Assembly: GCF_003044035.1 (NCBI RefSeq)
Contig: NZ_NVQC01000008.1
Location: 60,001-92,000 of the forward strand
Length of the DNA stretch: 32,000 nucleotides
Origin: Candidatus Methylomirabilis limnetica
GTDB taxonomy: Bacteria; Methylomirabilota; Methylomirabilia; Methylomirabilales; Methylomirabilaceae
Reading direction: 5' to 3'
The notes below the pieces were generated by a model that was given only the letters and a program-made list of their open reading frames with translations, had not been told where the DNA came from and did not search any database. This document shows, in pieces, positions 17,386-24,794 of this stretch. Position numbers and translations under genes: made by a program. Position 1 is the stretch's first letter; each line of letters begins with the position of its first letter.

Positions 17386-17533
17386 AGCATCGAGTTCGTT
17401 GTCGTGATGGTGGGGTATTAGGCGGCGGGATTCGCGTACAGCGCAGTAGGCTGGCATGAGGGAGGTGAATCCCAGCAATCCGCTTACCGTCATCGACAGG
17501 CCACGACTTCCGGCGATACCATCAAGGTTATTG

Positions 17534-17565
17534 AGCTGGGTTGTGTTCCTCAACCCGGCCTACCG
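17534..17565 (-). repeat. Short palindromic dispersed repeat ('GTAGGYCGGGTT...AACCC' family)
   Basis: The reverse complement 'ggtaggccgggttgaggaacacaacccagctc' resembles the copy at 20124..20159. Confidence 0.4.
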
Positions 17566-17717
17566 TACTTTAGGACTTCAGCTAGCAGTTAAGATACGGG
17601 GATTCCTTGTTGTGGTCAAGTGGAAGGGGGTCGAGGGCTGAAGCGGCGTTTCGGGGCCGATCGAAGCGGGGAACGGTAGGGATGCAATGAGGGTAGGCTG
17701 GAACCGCTGTGGGATTC

Positions 17718-17748
17718 GGGCGGCTGCCTCTGCCTTGAGACAGCCGCC
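17718..17748 (-). terminator. GC-rich hairpin immediately downstream of the porin stop
   Basis: GGGCGGCTG-(14 nt)-CAGCCGCC. No clear U-tract. Confidence 0.35.
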
Positions 17749-17762
17749 GCCGCCCGTTACCT

Positions 17763-19163
17763 TCAGAACTGATAGATCAACTCGCCCTGGATAGTATTTT
17801 GCGAGTTGGCATTTTTGGTCCCATCGCCTCGGTCAAACACCAATTTATTGTCCCTCGCCTCATCGTGGCGGTACTCAATACTGGCGAAGAGGTGATCGAA
17901 GAGCTTATACCGGCCGGTGAGTGTCGTCTCCCAGACCTCTAGCTTGCTACCCGGCGTTGCGCCTGGGAGCCTGAAGCCATCCTGGTCCCTAAAGTACTCA
18001 CCCCGCACGCCAACCGACAGTCTGTCGGTCACGTCGTAGACGGCATAGGCCGCCACCGCGTGCCAGATCGCGGTCTGGCCGTTATCGACGAAGGCTTCCT
18101 CCTGCCTCCCATAGTCATAGTTCAGTGTGAGGGTCAATGGCGCGATCGGTTTATAGGTGGCGACGAGATCGATCAGGCCTCGCTTTGGGCCATTGCGATT
18201 AATGTCACGAGTAGGGTCGAACGCATTAGAGACTTGCTCAGCCCCCCATGTCCCACCGAGGGTGAGCGTGAAATCTTTCAGGAAGGGGGGTGTGACGGTA
18301 GCCGAACCATGAAACGATTTCCCTCTGTTATTATCGTCGGTATTGTCCCATCCGTTTACGATGCCAAGGGTTGTCGAAAGCCAGTCAGTGACAGGATAGG
18401 TTGCCATCACACCCGTGTGGGTGAAGGGGATAGCGTAGGCGAAGGCCATCGACCGAGAGATATTAAAATTACCGGTCCGCCTGATCACTTCGGCGCCGTG
18501 CAGGGTCACGAACTTTCCGCCTTTCAGGTCCAGGCCCTTGCCGATCGGTACCTTGTAGGTCACATAGGCCTGCGTCAGGTCAAAGGGCTCCGTCTTCGTG
18601 GGATCATCACCGCTGTCGATACCGAGGCCCAGGGAGTGGATCTTCTTCGCGTCCCGTCCAAAAAGTACGTCCACCCCAAAGCCGATTGGTGAAGCCTCGG
18701 TTGTCGGTTTTTCCACATAAAGCTCTGCCTGGTTGATATCAAACTGATTCGCCTTGTCGTCAAAGAGCCTGAGACCGTTGTTCTGACTCTTCGGGTCCCT
18801 AAAGTTATAGTTGTAAGACACGGCGACGTGCCCTCCAAAGTTCCAGTCCTTCATGGTGGAGAGCAGAGGCACAGTCTTGATCGTCTCCTCAATGCTTCTG
18901 ACCCGATCGCTGATGCTCTGCGGAGCCTCTGCTGCTCCAGCGAGGGCCCCGGGTGCCGGTGCGGCAGCCGGAGTCGGTAGAGCCCCAGCCTTTGCGCCAA
19001 TCATGTGCTCCAGTCGCTCCAGCCGTTGCCGCAGCTCTCGAATTTGGCGATCCTTGTCGTCCTCGGCCCATGCCGCAGGTACCGCAACTGCGGCGGCGAG
19101 GAGGAGCACTCCACCAATTACTAATCTGGTTACCGTCAGATGCTTCAACTTCCGCATTCTCAT
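17763..19163 (-). CDS. Outer-membrane beta-barrel porin (OmpL-like / porin-2 type) with N-terminal coiled-coil
   Basis: Signal peptide ending 'AVPAAWA', coiled-coil 'DRQIRELRQRLERLEHM', alternating beta-strand pattern, and the C-terminal OMP signature '...GELIYQF'. SD GAGGGGAGGGA lies upstream. Confidence 0.8.
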   Translation of the reverse strand: MRMRKLKHLTVTRLVIGGVLLLAAAVAVPAAWAEDDKDRQIRELRQRLERLEHMIGAKAGALPTPAAAPAPGALAGAAEAPQSISDRVRSIEETIKTVPLLSTMKDWNFGGHVAVSYNYNFRDPKSQNNGLRLFDDKANQFDINQAELYVEKPTTEASPIGFGVDVLFGRDAKKIHSLGLGIDSGDDPTKTEPFDLTQAYVTYKVPIGKGLDLKGGKFVTLHGAEVIRRTGNFNISRSMAFAYAIPFTHTGVMATYPVTDWLSTTLGIVNGWDNTDDNNRGKSFHGSATVTPPFLKDFTLTLGGTWGAEQVSNAFDPTRDINRNGPKRGLIDLVATYKPIAPLTLTLNYDYGRQEEAFVDNGQTAIWHAVAAYAVYDVTDRLSVGVRGEYFRDQDGFRLPGATPGSKLEVWETTLTGRYKLFDHLFASIEYRHDEARDNKLVFDRGDGTKNANSQNTIQGELIYQF

Positions 19164-19231
19164 CGATCCCTCCCCTCATTGGGTGTGACTACTTAGAAAG
19201 TCTCCGATGATCGAGTCTCATGGATATGATT

Positions 19232-19247
19232 CGCAAGAAGCGGGCCA
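19232..19247 (-). promoter_or_regulatory. Sigma-54 (-24/-12) promoter candidate upstream of the porin gene
   Basis: The - strand reads TGGCCC-GCTTC-TTGCG. The GG and GC are at canonical spacing (consensus TGGCAC-N5-TTGCW). It lies ~70 nt upstream of the ATG at 19163. Confidence 0.5.
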
Positions 19248-19501
19248 GCTTTCGCTAACGACAGATGACCGGTAGTGGCAGCGACCTGAAGCAGAGCTAG
19301 GAAGAGGGGGGAGCAGTGAAAAAACGTAGTGTTAGGCGACGAGCTTTGAAGGAAAATGGTTCGCGGACGGTTGTGCAAGAAGGGGAGTTCCTTACAAAAA
19401 TGAAAAAATTGTCATATTCGCCAGAATGGCGAGTGGTTATCTTCTAGGCAGGGCGACAAGGGTGATGCGCAAGAGAGATGCATAAGAGGGGTGCGACGTA
19501 G

Positions 19502-19522
19502 GGGCAGCCCTCGTGGCTGCCC
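19502..19522 (-). terminator. Hairpin downstream of the tlpA-like gene
   Basis: GGGCAGCC-ctcgt-GGCTGCCC, 7 nt after the stop. No U-tract. Confidence 0.35.
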
Positions 19523-19528
19523 TCATTG

Positions 19529-20074
19529 CTACCTCAAGAGGCTCTCAACCAGTGTCCTCGAAGCCTTGTTGGCCCAGTCATGGTATCCAATGTCTTTGGC
19601 GCGAATGATGCCTTGGCGGTCGATCAGGATCGAGACAGGAAGCCCGATAAGCCGGAACTTCCGACTGGCCTTCATATCAGTGTCGAGCGCTACGGGAAAG
19701 GTGAGGCGAAGCTCCTTAATGAAGTCGCGGATCTCTTGCTGTGCGTCCGGCTCGATGTTGACAGCGAGGATCTCCAACCCTTTTGCCTTGTACTCGGAGT
19801 AGACCTGCTGCATCGTCGGCATCTCTAGCCGGCAAGGGGGGCACCAGGTAGCCCAGAAGTTGATCAGCACAACCTTCTGGCCCCGAAACTCCGAGAGCCG
19901 AACGGTGTTTCCCTCAAGCGTCTTCAGCGTAAAGTCAGGCGCGAAGTGTCCCTCTTCGGGTCGCACATCATTAGCCCATACGTCAGTTCCTCCTGGCGTG
20001 CCACCTATAACGAGTCCGAGAATGATGGAGATGATCGCTATCTGGGATAGTAAACAGCAGAGATAGCGTCTCAT
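19529..20074 (-). CDS. TlpA/ResA-like periplasmic thiol:disulfide oxidoreductase
   Basis: N-terminal membrane anchor. Thioredoxin motif 'FWATWCPPCRLEMP' and redoxin fold pattern. Confidence 0.87.
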   Translation of the reverse strand: MRRYLCCLLSQIAIISIILGLVIGGTPGGTDVWANDVRPEEGHFAPDFTLKTLEGNTVRLSEFRGQKVVLINFWATWCPPCRLEMPTMQQVYSEYKAKGLEILAVNIEPDAQQEIRDFIKELRLTFPVALDTDMKASRKFRLIGLPVSILIDRQGIIRAKDIGYHDWANKASRTLVESLLR

Positions 20075-20123
20075 ATTCCGGCCATTCCTTTCTTAGTAAG
20101 CAGTATGCAGCAGTCAGCGCTCA

Positions 20124-20159
20124 GTTGTAGGTCGGGTTAGCCCAGCGTAACCCGACAAC
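20124..20159 (+). repeat. Short palindromic dispersed repeat ('GTAGGYCGGGTT...AACCC' family)
   Basis: 'gttgtaggtcgggttagcccagcgtaacccgacaac', with stem GTCGGGTTA/TAACCCGAC. It is flanked by a second inverted pair GCAGTCAGCGCTCAG / CTGAATGCTGACCGC. Confidence 0.45.
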
Positions 20160-20283
20160 TCGGCCAGGGCGAAGGGGGTATCAGAAGCTGAATGCTGACC
20201 GCTCCCTCAGAGTGGCATTTCCATGCCCAGTGGTGCGGCGTCGCCTCATGGGATCTTGCCAAGCTTAAAACTACCGGAAAAAC

Positions 20284-20338
20284 CGCCGCAGGTCAAATCG
20301 TGATTGACATTAGGGGGTGAAACGATTGACCTGCGGCG
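20284..20338 (+). promoter_or_regulatory. Long inverted repeat upstream of the Crp/Fnr gene
   Basis: 'cgccgcaggtcaaatcgt' -(20 nt)- 'acgattgacctgcggcg'. The ~17-bp arms have one bulge, and the loop contains TTGACA. It ends 64 nt before the ATG at 20402. Confidence 0.4.
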
Positions 20339-20401
20339 TTCGTCCGCCTACAATAAGACCGGCGTTCGGGACTTCCCCCGTTTCGTTATCCCAGGGTAGC
20401 C

Positions 20402-21067
20402 ATGTTGCCAGAGCAGTTGAAGTCGATTCCGTATTTCCAGGACCTCGATGCGCGAGCACTGGAGGGTATCCGGGCTCACGCATTTGAGGTACGGTTGCAG
20501 AAGGGACACGTTCTCTTTACGGAGGGGGAGCCGGCCCAGGCGATGTACGTGATTCGGTCCGGTAAGGTCAAGATCTTCAAGCTGTCCCCCGACGGACGCG
20601 AGCAGGTCCTCCGGATTGCAGAGGCCGGAGATTGTTTCAATGAGGTCCCGATCTTCGATGGTGGGCCGAACCCCGCCAACGCCCAGGCGGTGGAGCCGGC
20701 GGCGCTCTGGGGCATCCGGCGGGAGGAGATGCGGCGCCTGGTAGAGGAGCACCCGGCGATCGCGATCGGCTTTCTCAAGGCGTTTGCGGGGAAGCTTCGC
20801 TACTTCACCCGCAAGGTGGAGGACCTGTCCTTCCGTAGCGTGACAAGCCGCGTGGCCAAGTTCCTCTTGGAGATGGCCGAGGATGACGGCAGAGGAGGTC
20901 TGCGCCTGAAGCAGCAGTTCACGCAACAGGAGATAGCGTCCGTTGTGGGAACGGCCCGAGAGATGATCGGCCGGGCCTTCAAGGCCCTGGAAAAGGAAGG
21001 AGCCATCAAGCTCGATCGCCACCAGGTCATCATCGTAAGCCGGGCTGCCATGATTCGCCTGCTCTGA
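20402..21067 (+). CDS. Crp/Fnr-family transcriptional regulator (cNMP-binding-like domain + HTH; no N-terminal Fnr Cys cluster)
   Basis: 221 aa. 'GEPAQAMYVIRSGKVKIFKLSPDGREQVL' beta-roll pattern. C-terminal HTH 'TQQEIASVVGTAREMIGRAFKALEKEG'. Confidence 0.9.
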   Translation: MLPEQLKSIPYFQDLDARALEGIRAHAFEVRLQKGHVLFTEGEPAQAMYVIRSGKVKIFKLSPDGREQVLRIAEAGDCFNEVPIFDGGPNPANAQAVEPAALWGIRREEMRRLVEEHPAIAIGFLKAFAGKLRYFTRKVEDLSFRSVTSRVAKFLLEMAEDDGRGGLRLKQQFTQQEIASVVGTAREMIGRAFKALEKEGAIKLDRHQVIIVSRAAMIRLL

Positions 21068-21189
21068 CCTCACCGTTGCCCTTCTTGTAATGCGTGAGAC
21101 TAAAGTCGCATACACCTCTGAATCACCCCCCTATGCTAGAATGGACGCTGAGCAAACAACAACCTGAGAAAAAAGGAGGCAAAAGACTT

Positions 21190-21804
21190 ATGACCAACGA
21201 GAGCAGTTGCCATGAAGGGCACGTCAGTCCAACGCCCGAGCCAAAGACCTGCGACACCCAATCGACGGGTACGCCAATGCCAGAGGTACTTCGAGATCTA
21301 CCCGATGATCGCGTGGTAATCCTGGATATTCGTGAACAGGTGCGGGGAGGCGAAGAGCCGTTTCAGAGGATCATGCAAACCGTCATGTCCCTCCGAGACG
21401 ACCAGGTACTCAAGCTATGTAATATCTTCGAGCCGATACCGCTTTACGCTGCCTTGGCGCAACGGGGTCTCGCTCACTGGACGCAGCGGCGTGGCCCAGA
21501 AGATTGGTGCATCATGTTTTATCGAGCGGGGGCCGAGGCCGCGACCTCTCCGGCGTCCTGCACCTCGTCGAGGCCAGCGGAGCCTGTCGGGGACGCCATC
21601 GTTGTTGACGCCCGTGGACTAGAGCCACCACAGCCGATGGCGAAGATCCTGGAGAATCTCCCTCAGATTGCAGCGGGTGGAAAGATCCTGGCCATGACCG
21701 ACCGGCGGCCGATGCTGCTCTACCCGAAGTTGGAGGAGCGGGGCTTCGTCTTCTCCACCGAGGAAACGACGCATGGCTGGTTCGAAACCCGGATCTGGAA
21801 GTAG
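21190..21804 (+). CDS. Tandem DUF2249-domain protein with Cys/His-containing N-terminal tail
   Basis: There are two DUF2249-like modules: 'VILDIREQVRGGEEPFQRIMQTV...FEPIPLYAALAQRG' and 'VVDARGLEPPQPMAKILENLPQ...DRRPMLLYPKLEERG'. I prefer the ATG at 21190 because of a perfect SD (AAAGGAGG) upstream. The ORF-track start at 21094 is unlikely. Confidence 0.75.
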   Translation: MTNESSCHEGHVSPTPEPKTCDTQSTGTPMPEVLRDLPDDRVVILDIREQVRGGEEPFQRIMQTVMSLRDDQVLKLCNIFEPIPLYAALAQRGLAHWTQRRGPEDWCIMFYRAGAEAATSPASCTSSRPAEPVGDAIVVDARGLEPPQPMAKILENLPQIAAGGKILAMTDRRPMLLYPKLEERGFVFSTEETTHGWFETRIWK

Positions 21805-23098
21805 CGCCCCGGCCAGGCTGCCATCCCTCTGGGTGCCGCTACGCTATTTTGTGACGGCTCAGGTAGCCTTCGTGACCGCCATGCTCTGGGCGCCATGGCA
21901 GGTCAGCAATCTGCTGGACTTTTACTATCAGGGGCATGACCTCGCCCTCACCCATCTGCTGACTCTTGGGTGGATCACGATGACGATCATGGGGGCGTCG
22001 TTCCAGTTGGTCCCGGTCGCCCTGGAGACCACGCTGTGGAGCGAGCGCCTGGCCTGCTGGCAGTACTGGATTATGCTGCTCGGTGTCGCGATTATGGTGA
22101 GCCATTTCTGGATCGGTCATCACGAGGGTTTGGCCTTCGGCGCCGGTCTGGTGCTGGTTGCCGTGACACTTTTCCTGATCAATATGGGGCGCACACTGTG
22201 GCAGCTCCCCCACTGGGACATCGTGGGGCGACACATGGCGGCTGCGCTCGTCTACCTGGCCTCCACCGTGGTCATGGGAAACCTGATGGCGCTCGATAAG
22301 ATTTTCGACTTCTTAGGAGGTCAGGTCCTGACGACGATACACGCCCACGCCCACCTGGCCGGCATCGGCTGGGTCACCATGATGATCTTCGGGGCGAGCT
22401 ATAAACTGATCCCCATGTTCAGCCTGAGTGAGCTTCGCGATGAGCGGCTGGCCTACTGGGAGTTCTGGCTGCTCCACGTCGGTCTAGTCGGCCTCTACAT
22501 GACGCTCCTGCTGCAAAGTCCGTGGGCCACGCTGTTCGCTCTCCTGATCGCCACAGCGGTGGGCCTGTTCCTCTGGACGATGCGCGATGTCATGCGGGTA
22601 CGCCGGCGTCCGCGATTGGACTGGGGGCTGCGGCATACTATGAGCGCCATGACCACGCTCGCGATCGTGACGATCCTGGGTCTATGGCTGAGTACCGGTT
22701 GGCTCCCGAGCGATGAGTTTGCCGCCCGGCTGGCCTTTGGCTATGGGGTCCTGGCACTCCTGGGCTGGGTCTCCGCCATGATCATCGGCCTGATGTATAA
22801 GATCATCCCGTTCCTGGTTTGGCACCACCGTTACAGCGATCTCATAGGACTGCGGTCTGTTCCAGCCGCCGCCCAGATTCTTGGTGAGTCAACGCCTCGG
22901 ATGGAGTTCTGGCTGCTCTATGCGGGTATCGCGATGACCGTTACCGGAGTGATCTTCACGTCCTGGCTGCTCGTGCAGGTGGGTACGCTCGTGTTGGCAC
23001 TGGCGGGTCTGACGTTCGCCGTCGCCGTCTGTCGGATCTACTGCCATCTGGTTCCACGCCTGACGCCGCTTCCGGAGGCGCAGATTGTGGGAACATAA
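21773..23098 (+). CDS. 12-TM His-containing integral membrane protein with three-fold internal repeat (distantly heme-copper-oxidase-subunit-I-like or NnrS-like; function unknown)
   Basis: 441 aa and highly hydrophobic. The motif H-x-L-x-x-x-GW(I/V)(T/S)(M/A)(T/M)I(M/F/I)G(A/L)(S/M)(F/Y)(Q/K)(L/I)(V/I)P recurs at aa ~60, ~193 and ~325. 'ERLA(C/Y)W(Q/E)(Y/F)W' recurs ~25 aa after it. The gene overlaps the preceding gene by 32 nt. Confidence 0.75.
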   Translation: MAGSKPGSGSSAPARLPSLWVPLRYFVTAQVAFVTAMLWAPWQVSNLLDFYYQGHDLALTHLLTLGWITMTIMGASFQLVPVALETTLWSERLACWQYWIMLLGVAIMVSHFWIGHHEGLAFGAGLVLVAVTLFLINMGRTLWQLPHWDIVGRHMAAALVYLASTVVMGNLMALDKIFDFLGGQVLTTIHAHAHLAGIGWVTMMIFGASYKLIPMFSLSELRDERLAYWEFWLLHVGLVGLYMTLLLQSPWATLFALLIATAVGLFLWTMRDVMRVRRRPRLDWGLRHTMSAMTTLAIVTILGLWLSTGWLPSDEFAARLAFGYGVLALLGWVSAMIIGLMYKIIPFLVWHHRYSDLIGLRSVPAAAQILGESTPRMEFWLLYAGIAMTVTGVIFTSWLLVQVGTLVLALAGLTFAVAVCRIYCHLVPRLTPLPEAQIVGT

Positions 23099-23120
23099 GA
23101 CCCGCAGTTGATCCGCTTGG

Positions 23121-23288
23121 AGAATGACCGACCTCGCACAAGCTACGGGGTATCGTCTTCTGTTCTGGCCCGTCATTCCGTGCTTGACACGCCTGCCCCG
23201 TACTTGATGCGGGGGAATCCAGTCGGGTCCTCTGGATACCGGCTTCCGCCGGTATGACGAACTCGGGGCAAGCCGCGGGGAATGAACC
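23121..23288 (-). repeat. Multi-hairpin dispersed repeat ('VIPAEAGIQ / ARNDG' pseudo-peptide family), copy A
   Basis: The reverse complement shares 'cgtcataccggcgg-aagccggtatccagagg-cccgactggattcc...gtgtcaagcacggaatgacgggccagaacagaagacgatacc' with 30384..30527. It carries an extra hairpin module CCCCGcatcaagtaCGGGG. Confidence 0.75.
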
Positions 23289-23340
23289 CCCCTCAGTAGG
23301 TTCAAGAAGTGAAGGTACTAAAGGTACATGAAAAGGAGGC

Positions 23341-23685
23341 ATGATGACGGAACCAGAAACATCACCAGTGACTGAAGAGCAGATCTACACCACGCTCCGA
23401 AAGCTCATTGATCCGGAATTAGGAGTCAACATCGTGGATCTGGGCCTCGTCTACAACGTACAGATTGATGATGGCGAGGTCACCGTCCGTATGACCCTTA
23501 CCACACGCGGCTGCCCCCTGCATGGCACTTTCGTCCAGGCGATCGAGCGCAGCCTCAATGAGCTGGACGGCGTGACCGGCGTGACCGTCGATGTCGTGTG
23601 GGAACCCGCCTGGAATCCGGACATGATCACCCCTGAGGGGAAGCAAACGATGTCCAGCGCTGGACGTGGTGGGCCCGCATGGTGA
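23341..23685 (+). CDS. DUF59 / SufT-like (MIP18 family) Fe-S cluster assembly protein
   Basis: 'IYTTLRKLIDPELGVNIVDLGLVYNVQIDDGEVTVRMTLTTRGCPLHGTF...' is the canonical DUF59 pattern. The SD AAGGAGG lies immediately upstream, so the ATG at 23344 is also possible. Confidence 0.87.
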   Translation: MMTEPETSPVTEEQIYTTLRKLIDPELGVNIVDLGLVYNVQIDDGEVTVRMTLTTRGCPLHGTFVQAIERSLNELDGVTGVTVDVVWEPAWNPDMITPEGKQTMSSAGRGGPAW

Positions 23686-24755
23686 CGCCAGCGTTGACGG
23701 TCGATACGGTTATCGCGGCGCTTCGGCAGATAAAGTACCCGGGGATGAGTCGCGACATCGTGTCTATCGGTGTGGTGAAGGATACGCAACTGGATGGCGC
23801 TGACGTGTACCTCGACCTCCAGGTCCCGACGGAGGATCGCGAGGTCATCGCCAAGGTGGAGGCTGCGGTTCGCGAGACGCTCGCCCGCGTGCCTGGGATC
23901 GGTGATATGCGGATCCAGATCGGCCCACGCCCTGCATCTCCGGATTCCGCGCCCGGACCGTCTCCGCTCCCTGGCGTTCGGCGTATCATCGCCGTCGCTT
24001 CAGGTAAAGGCGGTGTGGGCAAGACGACTGTATCCGTCAACCTGGCCTTGGCCCTGGCGCAGTCGGGGGCTGCGGTGGGCTTGCTGGATGCCGACATCTA
24101 CGGGCCGAATGTTCCGCGGATGCTGGGCGAGCCGGGCCGTCCCAAGGCGGATGAGGGCAAGATTGTCCCGCTTGTGCGATACGGCCTGAAGGTGATATCG
24201 GTGGGGTATCTGCTGGGGGATCGGTCGCCGATAATCTGGCGTGGGCCTTTGGTGGCCCAGGCCTTGCGCCAACTCCTGCATGATGTACGGTGGGGCGAGC
24301 TGGACTACCTGATCGTAGATCTTCCCCCAGGGACGGGGGACGCCCAGTTGACCCTCGTACAGTCCGTACCGTTGACCGGTGGGGTCATCGTGACTACCCC
24401 CTCCGCCGTGGCCCTGATGGACGCAGAGAAAGGCCTGCAGATGTTTCGTGAGGCCCGCGTCCCGATTCTGGGCATTGTGGAGAACATGAGCTACTTTATC
24501 TGTCCCCACTGCCAGGGAGAAACCGACATCTTCAGCCGGGGCGGTGGACGTACGGTGAGTGAATCGCTTGGAGTGTCTTTCCTGGGGGAGATCCCCATCA
24601 ACCCGGCTATCCGCGAGGGCGGGGATATCGGCGCGCCCGTTGTCGTGGCGAAGCCGGAGTCCCCCGAAGCGCTGATCTTCCGCAATCTCGCGGAAAAGGT
24701 TCGCCTGGAGGCCGAGGCTGCCGCCGTGGCGATGCCTCAGGTGATCATCCGCTAA
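23679..24755 (+). CDS. Mrp/NBP35/ApbC-family P-loop Fe-S cluster carrier ATPase with N-terminal DUF59 domain
   Basis: Deviant Walker A 'ASGKGGVGKTT', 'VDLPPGTGD', and the CxxC cluster-ligand motif 'ICPHCQGETDIF'. Its start overlaps the previous stop (ATGGTGA). Confidence 0.93.
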   Translation: MVTPALTVDTVIAALRQIKYPGMSRDIVSIGVVKDTQLDGADVYLDLQVPTEDREVIAKVEAAVRETLARVPGIGDMRIQIGPRPASPDSAPGPSPLPGVRRIIAVASGKGGVGKTTVSVNLALALAQSGAAVGLLDADIYGPNVPRMLGEPGRPKADEGKIVPLVRYGLKVISVGYLLGDRSPIIWRGPLVAQALRQLLHDVRWGELDYLIVDLPPGTGDAQLTLVQSVPLTGGVIVTTPSAVALMDAEKGLQMFREARVPILGIVENMSYFICPHCQGETDIFSRGGGRTVSESLGVSFLGEIPINPAIREGGDIGAPVVVAKPESPEALIFRNLAEKVRLEAEAAAVAMPQVIIR

Positions 24756-24794
24756 TAACCAATAACTCTGTATCTTTCCAAGGAGGAAGTCACG

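Noticed and set aside
20348-21115. 255-aa ORF antisense to the Crp/Fnr gene.
   Set aside because: It has no recognisable domain, and the opposite strand encodes a clear Crp/Fnr protein. It is a shadow ORF.
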